Of a stretch of DNA of 64,000 bases, positions 14,001 to 29,247 are shown one piece after another. Below the pieces are notes generated by a model. The model had not been told where the DNA came from, ran no database searches, and was given only the letters and a program-made list of their open reading frames with translations. A program made the position numbers and the translations under genes. Source of the stretch: Eledone cirrhosa (taxonomy: Eukaryota); assembly GCA_964016885.1 (NCBI GenBank), contig OZ024741.1:29450001-29514000 (forward strand), read 5' to 3'. Position 1 is the first letter of the stretch, and each line of letters begins with the position of its first letter.

Positions 14001-17000
14001 ACCAGTACTATAGATTGGTATTGTGTAGGTGACACCAGTACTATAGATTGGTATTGTGTAGGTGACACCAGTACTATAGATTAGTATTGTGTAGGTGACA
14101 CCAGTACTATAGATTGGTATTGCGTAGGTGACATCAATACTATAGATTAGTATTGAGTAGGTGACATCAGTACTATAGATTAGTATTGTGTAGGTGACAC
14201 CAGTACTATAGATTGGTATTGTGTAGGTGACATCAGTACTATAGATTAGTATTGTGTAGGTGACACCAGTACTATAGATTGGTATTGTGTAAGTGACACC
14301 AGTACTATAGATTGGTATTGTGTAGGTGACATCTGTACTATAGATTGGTTTTGTATAGGTGACACCAGTACTATAGATTGGTATTGTGTAGGTGACACCA
14401 GTACTATAGATTAGTATTGTGTAGGTGACACCAGTACTATAGATTTGTATTGTATAGGTGACATCAGTACTATAGATTGGTATTGTGTAGATGACATCAG
14501 TACTATAGATTAGTATTGTGTAGGTGACACCAGTACTATAGATTGGTATTGTGTAGGTGACATCAGTACTATAGATTGGTATTGTGTAGGTGACATCAGT
14601 ACTATAGATTTGTATCGTGTAGGTGACATCAGTACTATAGATTGGTATTGTATAGGTGACACCAGTACTATAGATTGGTAGTGTGTAGGTGACACCAGTA
14701 CTATAGATTGGTATTGCGTAGGTGAGACCAGTACTATAGATTGGTATTGTGTAGGTGACATCAGTACTATAAATTGGTATTGTGTAGGTGACATCAGTAC
14801 TATAGATTTGTATTGTGTAGGTGACAACAGTACTATAGATTGGTATTGTGTAGGTGACACCAGTACTATAGATTAGTATTGTGTAGGTGACACCAGTACT
14901 ATAGATTGGTATTGTGTAGGTGACATCAGTACTATAGATTAGTATTGTGTAGGTGACACCATTACTATAGATTAGTATTGCGTAGGTGACATCAGTACTA
15001 TAGATTGGTATTGTGCAGGTGACATCAGTACTATAGATTAGTATTGTGTAGGTGCCACCAGTACTATAGATTTGTATAGTGTAGGTGACATCAGTACTAT
15101 AGATTGGTATTGTGTAGGTGACACCAGTACTATAGATTAGTATTGTGTAGGTGACACCAGTACTATAGATTGGTATTGTGTAGGTGACACCAATACTATA
15201 GATTGGTATTGTGTAGGTGACACCAGTACTATAGATTAGTATTTGTGTAGGTGACACCAGTACTATAGATTAGTATTGTGTAGGTGACACCAGTACTATA
15301 GATTGGTATTGGGTAGGTGACACCAGTACTATAGATTAGTATTGTGTAGGTGACACCAGTACTATAGATTGGTATTGTGTAGGTGACACCAGTACTCTAG
15401 ATTGGTATTGTGTAGGTGACACCAGTACTAAAGATTGGTATTGTGTAGGTGACATCAGTACTATAGATTGGTATTGTATACGTGACACCAGTACTATAGA
15501 TTGGTTTTGTGTAGGTGACATCAGTACAATAGAATGGTATTGTATAGGTGACACCAGTACTATAGATTGGTATTGTGTAGGTGACACCAGTACTATAGAT
15601 TGGTATTGCGTAGGTGAGACCAGTACTATAGATTGGTATTGTGTAGGTGACATCAGTACTATAGATTGGTATTGTGTAGATGACATCAGTACTATAGATT
15701 TGTATTGTGTAGGTGACATCAGTACAATAGATTGGTATTGTGTAGGTGACACCAGTACTATAGATTAGTATTGTGTAGGTGACACCAGTACTATAGATTG
15801 GTATTGTGTAGGTGACATCAGTACTATAGATTGGTATTGTGTAGGTGACATCAGTACTATAGATTAGTATTGTGTAGGTGACACCATTACTATACATTAG
15901 TATTGTGTAGGTGACACCAGTACTATAGATTGGTATTGTGTAGGTGACATCAGTATTATAGATTTGTATTGTGTAGGTGACACCAGTACTATAGATTGGT
16001 ATTGTGTAGGTGACACCAGTACTATAGATTGGTATTGTGTAGGTGACACCAGTACTATAGATTGGTATTGTGTAGGTTACACCAGTACTATAGATTAGTA
16101 TTGTGTAGGTGACACCAGTACTATAGATTAGTATTGTGTAGGTGACACCAGTACTATAGATTAGTATTGTGTAGGTGACACCAGTACTATAGATTAGTAT
16201 TGTGTAGGTGACACCAGTACTATAGATTAGTATTGTGTAGGTGACACCAGTACTATAGATTAGTATTGTGTAGGTGACACCAGCACTATAGATTGGTATT
16301 GTGTAGGTGACACCAGTACTCTAGATTGGTATTGTGTAGGTGACACCAGTACTAAAGATTGGTATTGTATAGGTGACATCAGTACAATAGATTGGTATTG
16401 TATAGGTGACACCAGTACTATAGATTGGTATTGTGTAGGTGACACCAGTACTATAGATTGGTATTGCGTAGGTGAGACCAGTACTATAGATTGGCATTGT
16501 GTAGGTGACATCAGTACTATAGATTGGTATTGTGTAGATGACATCAGTACTATAGATTGGTATTGTGTAGGTGACACCAATACTATAGATTAGTATTGTG
16601 TAGGTGACACCAGTACTATAGATTGTTATTGTGTAGGTGACACCAGTACTATAGATTGGTATTGTGTAGGTGACATCAGTACTATAGATTAGTATTGTAT
16701 AGGTGACACCAGTACTATAGATTGGTATTGTGTAGGTGACACCAGTACTACAGATTTGTATTGTGTAGGTGACATCAGTACTATAGATTGGTATTGTGTA
16801 GGTGACACCAGTACTATAGATTGGTATTGTGTAGATGACATCAGTACTATAGATTGGTATTGTATAGGTGACACCAGTACTATAGATTGGTATTGTGTAG
16901 GTGACACCAGTACTATAGATTAGTATTGTGTAGGTGACACCAGTACTATAGATTTGTATCGTGTAGGTGACATCAGTACTATAGATTGCTATTGTGTAGG

Positions 17001-17500
17001 TGGCATCAGTATTATAGATTTGTATCGTGTAGGTGACATCAGTACTATAGATTAGTATTGTGTAGGTGACACCAGTACTATAGATTGGTATTGTGTAGGT
17101 GACACCAGTACAATAGATTGGTATTGTGTAGGTGACACCAGTACTATAGATTAGTATTGTGTAGGTGACATCAGTACTATAGATTTGTATCTTGTAGGTG
17201 ACATCAGTACTATAGATTGGTATTGTGTAGGTGGCATCAGTATTATAGATTTGTATTGTGTAGGTGACACCAGTACTATAGATTGGTATTGTGTAGGTGA
17301 CACCAGTACTATAGATTGGTATTGTGTAGGTGACACCAGTACTATAGATTAGTATTGTGTAGGTGACACCAGTACTATAGATTGGTATTGCGTAGGTGAC
17401 ATCAATGCTATAGATTAGTATTGAGTAGGTGACATCAGTACTATAGATTAGTATTGTGTAGGTGACACCAGTACTATAGATTGGTATTGTGTAGGTGACA
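11100..17500. repeat. Tandem higher-order duplication, period 3,169-3,268 bp (96-99 monomers): about 11100-14230 versus 14270-17500
   Basis: Markers TAAGTGAC (11121/14290), the +T insertion (12074/15243) and TTGAGTAGG (14153/17421). ORF pairs 11341/14510, 12167/15336, 12992/16260, 13883/17151. Confidence 0.9.
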
Positions 17501-20500
17501 CCAGTACTATAGATTGGTATTGTGTAGTTGACACCAGTACTAAAGATTGGTATTGTGTAGGTGACATCAGTACTATAGATTGGTATTGTATAGGTGACAC
17601 CAGTACTATAGATTGGTATTGTGTAGGTGACATCAGTACTATAGATTAGTATTGTGTAGGTGACACCAGTACTATAGATTGGTATTGTGTAGGTGACACC
17701 TGTACTATAGATTGGTATTGCGTAGGTGACATCAATACTATAGATTGTGTAGGTGACATCAGTACTATAGATTAGTATTGTGTAGGTGACACCAGTACTA
17801 TAGATTGGTATTGTGTAGGTGACAACAGTACTATAAATTAGTATCGTGTAGGTGACACCAGTACTATAGATTGGTATTGTGTAGGTGACACCAGTACTAT
17901 AGATTGGTATTGTGTAGGTGACACCAGTACTATAGATTAGTATTGTGCAGGTGACACCAGTACTATAGATTGGTATTGTGTAGGTGACACCAGTATTATA
18001 GATTAGTATTGTGTAGGTGACACCAGTACTATAGATTGGTATTGTGTAGGTGACACCAGTACTATAGATTAGTATTGTGTAGGTGACATCACTACTATAG
18101 ATTAGTATTGTGTAGGTGACACCAGTACTATAGATTAGTATTGTGTAGGTGACACCAGTACTATAGATTGGTATTGTGTAGGTGACACAAGTACTATAGA
18201 TTAGTATTGTGTAGGTGACACCAGTACTATAGATTGGTATTGTGTAGGTGACACCAGTACTATAGATTGGTATTGTGTAGGTGACACCAGTACTATACAT
18301 TGGTATTGTGTAGGTGACATCTGTACTATAGATTGGTATTGTATAGGTGACACCAGTACTATAGATTGGTATTGTGTAGGTGACACCAGTACTATAGATT
18401 AGTATTGTGTAGGTGACACCAGTACTATAGATTTGTATTGTGTAGGTGACATCAGTACTATAGATTGGTATTGTGTAGGTGACATCAGTACTATAGATTA
18501 GTATTGTGTAGGTGACACCAGTACTATAGATTGGTATTGTGTAGGTGACATCAGTACTATAGATTGGTATTGTGTAGGTGACATCAGTACTATAGATTTG
18601 TATCGTGTAGGTGACATCATTACTATAGATTGGTATTGTATAGGTGACACCAGTACTATAGATTGGTAGTGTGTAGGTGACACCAGTACTATAGATTGGT
18701 ATTGCGTAGGTGAGACCAGTACTATAGATTGGTATTGTGTAGGAGACATCAGTACTATAAATTGGTATTGTGTAGGTGACATCAGTACTATAGATTTGTA
18801 TTGTGTAGGTGACAACAGTACTATAGATTGGTATTGTGTAGGTGACACCAGTACTATAGATTAGTATTGTGTAGATGACACCAGTACTATAGATTGGTAT
18901 TGTGTAGGTGACATCAGTACTATAGATTAGTATTGTGTAGGTGACACCATTACTATAGATTAGTATTGCGTAGGTGACATCAGTACTATAGATTGGTATT
19001 GTGCAGGTGACATCAGTACTATAGATTAGTATTGTGTAGGTGCCACCAGTACTATAGATTAGTATTGTGTAGGTGACATCAGTACTATAGATTGGTATTG
19101 TGTAGGTGACACCAGTACTATAGATTAGTATTGTGTAGGTGACACCAGTACTATAGATTGGTATTGTGTAGGTGACACCAATACTATAGATTGGTATTGT
19201 GTAGGTGACACCAGTACTATAGATTGGTATTGTGTAGGTGACACCAGTACTATAGATTAGTATTGTGTAGGTGACACCAGTACTATAGATTGGTATTGGG
19301 TAGGTGACACCAGTACTATAGATTAGTATTGTGTATGTGACACCAGTACTATAGATTGGTATTGTGTAGGTGACACCAGTACTCTAGATTGGTATTGTGT
19401 AGGTGACACCGGTACTATAGATTGGTATTGTGTAGGTGACACCAGTACTCTAGATTGGTATTGTGTAGGAGACACCAGTACTAAAGATTGGTATTGTGTA
19501 GGTGACATCAGTACTATAGATTGGTATTGTATATGTGACACCAGTACTATAGATTGGTATTGTGTAGGTGACATCAGTACAATAGATTGGTATTGTATAG
19601 GTGACACCAGTACTATAGATTGGTATTGTGTAGGTGACACCAGTACTATAGATTGGTATTGCGTAGGTGAGACCAGTACTATAGATTGGTATTGTGTAGG
19701 TGACATCAGTGCTATAGATTGGTATTGTGTAGGTGACATCAGTACTATAGATTTGTATTGTGTATGTGACATCAGTACAATAGATTGGTATTGTGTAGGT
19801 GACACCAGTACTATAGATTAGTATTGTGTAGGTGACACCAGTACTATAGATTGGTATTGTGTAGGTGACAGCAGTACTATAGATTGGTATTGTGTAGGTG
19901 ACATCAGTATTATAGATTAGTATTGTGTAGGTGACACCATTACTATACATTAGTATTGTGTAGGTGACACCAGTACTATAGATTGGTATTGTGTAGGTGA
20001 CATCAGTATTATAGATTTGTATTGTGTAGGTGACACCAGTACTATAGATTGGTATTGTGTAGGTGACACCAGTATTATAGATTGGTATTGTGTAGGTGAC
20101 ACCAGTACTATAGATTGGTATTGTGTAGGTGACACCAGTACTATAGATTGGTATTGTGTAGGTGACATCAGTACTATAGATTGGTATTGTGTAGGTGACA
20201 CCAGTACTATAGATTGGTATTGTGTAGGTGACATCAGTACTATACATTAGTATTGTGTAGGTGACACCAGTACTATAGATTGGTATTGTGTAGGTGACAC
20301 CAGTACTATAGATTAGTATTGTGTAGGTGACACCAGTACTATAGATTAGTATTGTGTAGGTGACACCAGTACTATAGATTAGTATTGTGTAGGTGACACC
20401 AGTACTAAAGAGTAGTATTGTGTAGGTGACACCAGCACTATAGATTGGTATTGTGTAGGTGACACCAGTACTCTAGATTGGTATTGTGTAGGTGACACCA

Positions 20501-23500
20501 GTACTAAAGATTGGTATTGTATAGGTGACATCAGTACAATAGATTGGTATTGTATAGGTGACACCAGTACTATAGATTGGTATTGTGTAGGTGACACCAG
20601 TACTATAGATTGGTATTGCGTAGGTGAGACCAGTACTATAGATTAGTATTGTGTAGGTGACACCATTACTATAGATTAGTATTGCGTAGGTGACATCAGT
20701 ACTATAGATTGGTATTGTGCAGGTGACATCAGTACTATAGATTAGTATTGTGTAGGTGCCACCAGTACTATAGATTTGTATAGTGTAGGTGACATCAGTA
20801 CTATAGATTGGTATTGTGTAGGTGACACCAGTACTATAGATTAGTATTGTGTAGGTGACACCAGTACTATAGATTGGTATTGTGTAGGTGACACCAATAC
20901 TATAGATTGGTATTGTGTAGGTGACACCAGTACTATAGATTAGTATTTGTGTAGGTGACACCAGTACTATAGATTAGTATTGTGTAGGTGACACCAGTAC
21001 TATAGATTGGTATTGGGTAGGTGACACCAGTTCTATAGATTAGTATTGTGTAGGTGACACCAGTACTATAGATTGGTATTGTGTAGGTGACACCAGTACT
21101 CTAGATTGGTATTGTGTAGGTGACACCAGTACTAAAGATTGGTATTGTGTAGGTGACAACAGTACAATAGAATGGTATTGTATAGGTGACACCAGTACTA
21201 TAGATTGGTATTGTGTAGGTGACACCAGTACTATAGATTGGTATTGCGTAGGTGAGACCAGTACTATAGATTGGTATTGTGTAGGTGACATCAGTACTAT
21301 AGATTGGTATTGTGTAGATGACATCAGTACTATAGATTTGTATTGTGTAGGTGACATCAGTACAATAGATTGGTATTGTGTAGGTGACACCAGTACTATA
21401 GATTAGTATTGTGTAGGTGACACCAGTACTATAGATTGGTATTGTGTAGGTGACACCAGTACTATAGATTGGTATTGTGTAGGTGACATCAGTACTATAG
21501 ATTAGTATTGTGTAGGTGACACCATTACTATACATTAGTATTGTGTAGGTGACACCAGTACTATAGATTGGTATTGTGTAGGTGACATCAGTATTATAGA
21601 TTTGTATTGTGTAGGTGACACCAGTACTATAGATTGGTATTGTGTAGGTGACACCAGTACTATAGATTGGTATTGTGTAGGTGACACCAGTACTATAGAT
21701 TGGTATTGTGTAGGTTACACCAGTACTATAGATTAGTATTGTGTAGGTGACACCAGTACTATAGATTAGTATTGTGTAGGTGACACCAGTACTATAGATT
21801 AGTATTGTGTAGGTGACACCAGTACTATAGATTAGTATTGTGTAGGTGACACCAGTACTATAGATTAGTATTGTGTAGGTGACACAAGTACTATAGATTA
21901 GTATTGTGTAGGTGACACCACCACTATAGATTGGTATTGTGTAGGTGACACCAGTACTCTAGATTGGTATTGTGTAGGTGACACCAGTACTAAAGATTGG
22001 TATTGTATAGGTGACATCAGTACAATAGATTGGTATTGTATAGGTGACACCAGTACTATAGATTGGTATTGTGTAGGTGACACCAGTACTATAGATTGGT
22101 ATTGCGTAGGTGAGACCAGTACTATAGATTGGCATTGTGTAGGTGACATCAGTACTATAGATTGGTATTGTGTAGATGACATCAGTACTATAGATTGGTA
22201 TTGTGTAGGTGACACCAATACTATAGATTAGTATTGTGTAGGTGACACCAGTACTATAGATTGTTATTGTGTAGGTGACACCAGTACTATAGATTGGTAT
22301 TGTGTAGGTGACATCAGTACTATAGATTAGTATTGTATAGGTGACACCAGTACTATAGATTGGTATTGTGTAGGTGACACCAGTACTACAGATTTGTATT
22401 GTGTAGGTGACATCAGTACTATAGATTGGTATTGTGTAGGTGACACCAGTACTATAGATTGGTATTGTGTAGATGACATCAGTACTATAGATTGGTATTG
22501 TATAGGTGACACCAGTACTATAGATTGGTATTGTGTAGGTGACACCAGTACTATAGATTAGTATTGTGTAGGTGACACCAGTACTATAGATTTGTATCGT
22601 GTAGGTGACATCAGTACTATAGATTGCTATTGTGTAGGTGGCATCAGTATTATAGATTTGTATCGTGTAGGTGACATCAGTACTATAGATTAGTATTGTG
22701 TAGGTGACACCAGTACTATAGATTGGTATTGTGTAGGTGACACCAGTACAATAGATTGGTATTGTGTAGGTGACACCAGTACTATAGATTAGTATTGTGT
22801 AGGTGACATCAGTACTATAGATTTGTATCTTGTAGGTGACATCAGTACTATAGATTGGTATTGTGTAGGTGGCATCAGTATTATAGATTTGTATTGTGTA
22901 GGTGACACCAGTACTATAGATTGGTATTGTGTAGGTGACACCAGTACTATAGATTGGTATTGTGTAGGTGACACCAGTACTATAGATTAGTATTGTGTAG
23001 GTGACACCAGTACTATAGATTGGTATTGCGTAGGTGACATCAATACTATAGATTAGTATTGAGTAGGTGACATCAGTACTATAGATTAGTATTGTGTAGG
23101 TGACACCAGTACTATAGATTGGTATTGTGTAGGTGACATCAGTACTATAGATTAGTATTGTGTAGGTGACACCAGTACTATAGATTGGTATTGTGTAAGT
23201 GACACCAGTACTATAGATTGGTATTGTGTAGGTGACATCTGTACTATAGATTGGTTTTGTATAGGTGACACCAGTACTATAGATTGGTATTGTGTAGGTG
23301 ACACCAGTACTATAGATTAGTATTGTGTAGGTGACACCAGTACTATAGATTTGTATTGTATAGGTGACATCAGTACTATAGATTGGTATTGTGTAGATGA
23401 CATCAGTACTATAGATTAGTATTGTGTAGGTGACACCAGTACTATAGATTGGTATTGTGTAGGTGACATCAGTACTATAGATTGGTATTGTGTAGGTGAC

Positions 23501-26500
23501 ATCAGTACTATAGATTTGTATCGTGTAGGTGACATCAGTACTATAGATTGGTATTGTATAGGTGACACCAGTACTATAGATTGGTAGTGTGTAGGTGACA
23601 CCAGTACTATAGATTGGTATTGCGTAGGTGAGACCAGTACTATAGATTGGTATTGTGTAGGTGACATCAGTACTATAAATTGGTATTGTGTAGGTGACAT
23701 CAGTACTATAGATTTGTATTGTGTAGGTGACAACAGTAATATAGATTGGTATTGTGTAGGTGACACCAGTACTATAGATTAGTATTGTGTAGGTGACACC
23801 AGTACTATAGATTGGTATTGTGTAGGTGACATCAGTACTATAGATTAGTATTGTGTAGGTGACACCATTACTATAGATTAGTATTGCGTAGGTGACATCA
23901 GTACTATAGATTGGTATTGTGCAGGTGACATCAGTACTATAGATTAGTATTGTGTAGGTGCCACCAGTACTATAGATTTGTATAGTGTAGGTGACATCAG
24001 TACTATAGATTGGTATTGTGTAGGTGACACCAGTACTATAGATTAGTATTGTGTAGGTGACACCAGTACTATAGATTGGTATTGTGTAGGTGACACCAAT
24101 ACTATAGATTGGTATTGTGTAGGTGACACCAGTACTATAGATTAGTATTTGTGTAGGTGACACCAGTACTATAGATTAGTATTGTGTAGGTGACACCAGT
24201 ACTATAGATTGGTATTGGGTAGGTGACACCAGTACTATAGATTAGTATTGTGTAGGTGACACCAGTACTATAGATTGGTATTGTGTAGGTGACACCAGTA
24301 CTCTAGATTGGTATTGTGTAGGTGACACCAGTACTAAAGATTGGTATTGTGTAGGTGACATCAGTACTATAGATTGGTATTGTATACGTGACACCAGTAC
24401 TATAGATTGGTTTTGTGTAGGTGACATCAGTACAATAGAATGGTATTGTATAGGTGACACCAGTACTATAGATTGGTATTGTGTAGGTGACACCAGTACT
24501 ATAGATTGGTATTGCGTAGGTGAGACCAGTACTATAGATTGGTATTGTGTAGGTGACATCAGTACTATAGATTGGTATTGTGTAGATGACATCAGTACTA
24601 TAGATTTGTATTGTGTAGGTGACATCAGTACAATAGATTGGTATTGTGTAGGTGACACCAGTACTATAGATTAGTATTGTGTAGGTGACACCAGTACTAT
24701 AGATTGGTATTGTGTAGGTGACATCAGTACTATAGATTGGTATTGTGTAGGTGACATCAGTACTATAGATTAGTATTGTGTAGGTGACACCATTACTATA
24801 CATTAGTATTGTGTAGGTGACACCAGTACTATAGATTGGTATTGTGTAGGTGACATCAGTATTATAGATTTGTATTGTGTAGGTGACACCAGTACTATAG
24901 ATTGGTATTGTGTAGGTGACACCAGTACTATAGATTGGTATTGTGTAGGTGACACCAGTACTATAGATTGGTATTGTGTAGGTTACACCAGTACTATAGA
25001 TTAGTATTGTGTAGGTGACACCAGTACTATAGATTAGTATTGTGTAGGTGACACCAGTACTATAGATTAGTATTGTGTAGGTGACACCAGTACTATAGAT
25101 TAGTATTGTGTAGGTGACACCAGTACTATAGATTAGTATTGTGTAGGTGACACCAGTACTATAGATTAGTATTGTGTAGGTGACACCAGCACTATAGATT
25201 GGTATTGTGTAGGTGACACCAGTACTCTAGATTGGTATTGTGTAGGTGACACCAGTACTAAAGATTGGTATTGTATAGGTGACATCAGTACAATAGATTG
25301 GTATTGTATAGGTGACACCAGTACTATAGATTGGTATTGTGTAGGTGACACCAGTACTATAGATTGGTATTGCGTAGGTGAGACCAGTACTATAGATTGG
25401 CATTGTGTAGGTGACATCAGTACTATAGATTGGTATTGTGTAGATGACATCAGTACTATAGATTGGTATTGTGTAGGTGACACCAATACTATAGATTAGT
25501 ATTGTGTAGGTGACACCAGTACTATAGATTGTTATTGTGTAGGTGACACCAGTACTATAGATTGGTATTGTGTAGGTGACATCAGTACTATAGATTAGTA
25601 TTGTTTAGGTGACACCAGTACTATAGATTGGTATTGTGTAGGTGACACCAGTACTACAGATTTGTATTGTGTAGGTGACATCAGTACTATAGATTGGTAT
25701 TGTGTAGGTGACACCAGTACTATAGATTGGTATTGTGTAGATGACATCAGTACTATAGATTGGTATTGTATAGGTGACACCAGTACTATAGATTGGTATT
25801 GTGTAGGTGACACCAGTACTATAGATTAGTATTGTGTAGGTGACACCAGTACTATAGATTTGTATCGTGTAGGTGACATCAGTACTATAGATTGCTATTG
25901 TGTAGGTGGCATCAGTATTATAGATTTGTATCGTGTAGGTGACATCAGTACTATAGATTAGTATTGTGTAGGTGACACCAGTACTATAGATTGGTATTGT
26001 GTAGGTGACACCAGTACAATAGATTGGTATTGTGTAGGTGACACCAGTACTATAGATTAGTATTGTGTAGGTGACATCAGTACTATAGATTTGTATCTTG
26101 TAGGTGACATCAGTACTATAGATTGGTATTGTGTAGGTGGCATCAGTATTATAGATTTGTATTGTGTAGGTGACACCAGTACTATAGATTGGTATTGTGT
26201 AGGTGACACCAGTACTATAGATTGGTATTGTGTAGGTGACACCAGTACTATAGATTAGTATTGTGTAGGTGACACCAGTACTATAGATTGGTATTGCGTA
26301 GGTGACATCAATGCTATAGATTAGTATTGAGTAGGTGACATCAGTACTATAGATTAGTATTGTGTAGGTGACACCAGTACTATAGATTGGTATTGTGTAG
26401 GTGACACCAGTACTATAGATTGGTATTGTGTAGTTGACACCAGTACTAAAGATTGGTATTGTGTAGGTGACATCAGTACTATAGATTGGTATTGTATAGG

Positions 26501-29247
26501 TGACACCAGTACTATAGATTGGTATTGTGTAGGTGACATCAGTACTATAGATTAGTATTGTGTAGGTGACACCAGTACTATAGATTGGTATTGTGTAGGT
26601 GACACCTGTACTATAGATTGGTATTGCGTAGGTGACATCAATACTATAGATTGTGTAGGTGACATCAGTACTATAGATTAGTATTGTGTAGGTGACACCA
26701 GTACTATAGATTGGTATTGTGTAGGTGACAACAGTACTATAAATTAGTATCGTGTAGGTGACACCAGTACTATAGATTGGTATTGTGTAGGTGACACCAG
26801 TACTATAGATTGGTATTGTGTAGGTGACACCAGTACTATAGATTAGTATTGTGCAGGTGACACCAGTACTATAGATTGGTATTGTGTAGGTGACACCAGT
26901 ATTATAGATTAGTATTGTGTAGGTGACACCAGTACTATAGATTGGTATTGTGTAGGTGACACCAGTACTATAGATTAGTATTGTGTAGGTGACATCACTA
27001 CTATAGATTAGTATTGTGTAGGTGACACCAGTACTATAGATTAGTATTGTGTAGGTGACACCAGTACTATAGATTGGTATTGTGTAGGTGACACAAGTAC
27101 TATAGATTAGTATTGTGTAGGTGACACCAGTACTATAGATTGGTATTGTGTAGGTGACACCAGTACTATAGATTGGTATTGTGTAGGTGACACCAGTACT
27201 ATACATTGGTATTGTGTAGGTGACATCTGTACTATAGATTGGTATTGTATAGGTGACACCAGTACTATAGATTGGTATTGTGTAGGTGACACCAGTACTA
27301 TAGATTAGTATTGTGTAGGTGACACCAGTACTATAGATTTGTATTGTGTAGGTGACATCAGTACTATAGATTGGTATTGTGTAGGTGACATCAGTACTAT
27401 AGATTAGTATTGTGTAGGTGACACCAGTACTATAGATTGGTATTGTGTAGGTGACATCAGTACTATAGATTGGTATTGTGTAGGTGACATCAGTACTATA
27501 GATTTGTATCGTGTAGGTGACATCATTACTATAGATTGGTATTGTATAGGTGACACCAGTACTATAGATTGGTAGTGTGTAGGTGACACCAGTACTATAG
27601 ATTGGTATTGCGTAGGTGAGACCAGTACTATAGATTGGTATTGTGTAGGAGACATCAGTACTATAAATTGGTATTGTGTAGGTGACATCAGTACTATAGA
27701 TTTGTATTGTGTAGGTGACAACAGTACTATAGATTGGTATTGTGTAGGTGACACCAGTACTATAGATTAGTATTGTGTAGATGACACCAGTACTATAGAT
27801 TGGTATTGTGTAGGTGACATCAGTACTATAGATTAGTATTGTGTAGGTGACACCATTACTATAGATTAGTATTGCGTAGGTGACATCAGTACTATAGATT
27901 GGTATTGTGCAGGTGACATCAGTACTATAGATTAGTATTGTGTAGGTGCCACCAGTACTATAGATTAGTATTGTGTAGGTGACATCAGTACTATAGATTG
28001 GTATTGTGTAGGTGACACCAGTACTATAGATTAGTATTGTGTAGGTGACACCAGTACTATAGATTGGTATTGTGTAGGTGACACCAATACTATAGATTGG
28101 TATTGTGTAGGTGACACCAGTACTATAGATTGGTATTGTGTAGGTGACACCAGTACTATAGATTAGTATTGTGTAGGTGACACCAGTACTATAGATTGGT
28201 ATTGGGTAGGTGACACCAGTACTATAGATTAGTATTGTGTATGTGACACCAGTACTATAGATTGGTATTGTGTAGGTGACACCAGTACTCTAGATTGGTA
28301 TTGTGTAGGTGACACCGGTACTATAGATTGGTATTGTGTAGGTGACACCAGTACTCTAGATTGGTATTGTGTAGGAGACACCAGTACTAAAGATTGGTAT
28401 TGTGTAGGTGACATCAGTACTATAGATTGGTATTGTATATGTGACACCAGTACTATAGATTGGTATTGTGTAGGTGACATCAGTACAATAGATTGGTATT
28501 GTATAGGTGACACCAGTACTATAGATTGGTATTGTGTAGGTGACACCAGTACTATAGATTGGTATTGCGTAGGTGAGACCAGTACTATAGATTGGTATTG
28601 TGTAGGTGACATCAGTGCTATAGATTGGTATTGTGTAGGTGACATCAGTACTATAGATTTGTATTGTGTATGTGACATCAGTACAATAGATTGGTATTGT
28701 GTAGGTGACACCAGTACTATAGATTAGTATTGTGTAGGTGACACCAGTACTATAGATTGGTATTGTGTAGGTGACAGCAGTACTATAGATTGGTATTGTG
28801 TAGGTGACATCAGTATTATAGATTAGTATTGTGTAGGTGACACCATTACTATACATTAGTATTGTGTAGGTGACACCAGTACTATAGATTGGTATTGTGT
28901 AGGTGACATCAGTATTATAGATTTGTATTGTGTAGGTGACACCAGTACTATAGATTGGTATTGTGTAGGTGACACCAGTATTATAGATTGGTATTGTGTA
29001 GGTGACACCAGTACTATAGATTGGTATTGTGTAGGTGACACCAGTACTATAGATTGGTATTGTGTAGGTGACATCAGTACTATAGATTGGTATTGTGTAG
29101 GTGACACCAGTACTATAGATTGGTATTGTGTAGGTGACATCAGTACTATACATTAGTATTGTGTAGGTGACACCAGTACTATAGATTGGTATTGTGTAGG
29201 TGACACCAGTACTATAGATTAGTATTGTGTAGGTGACACCAGTACTA
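11760..29247. repeat. Near-tandem higher-order duplication, period 8,873-8,906 bp (269-270 monomers): about 11760-20341 versus 20633-29247
   Basis: ORF pairs 12167/21040 (offset 8873), then 13053/21959, 15336/24242, 18498/27404 and 19950/28856 (offset 8906). Shared CAGTTCTATAG marker, +T insertions and 6-bp deletion. 8906 = 270x33+2-6. Confidence 0.95.
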
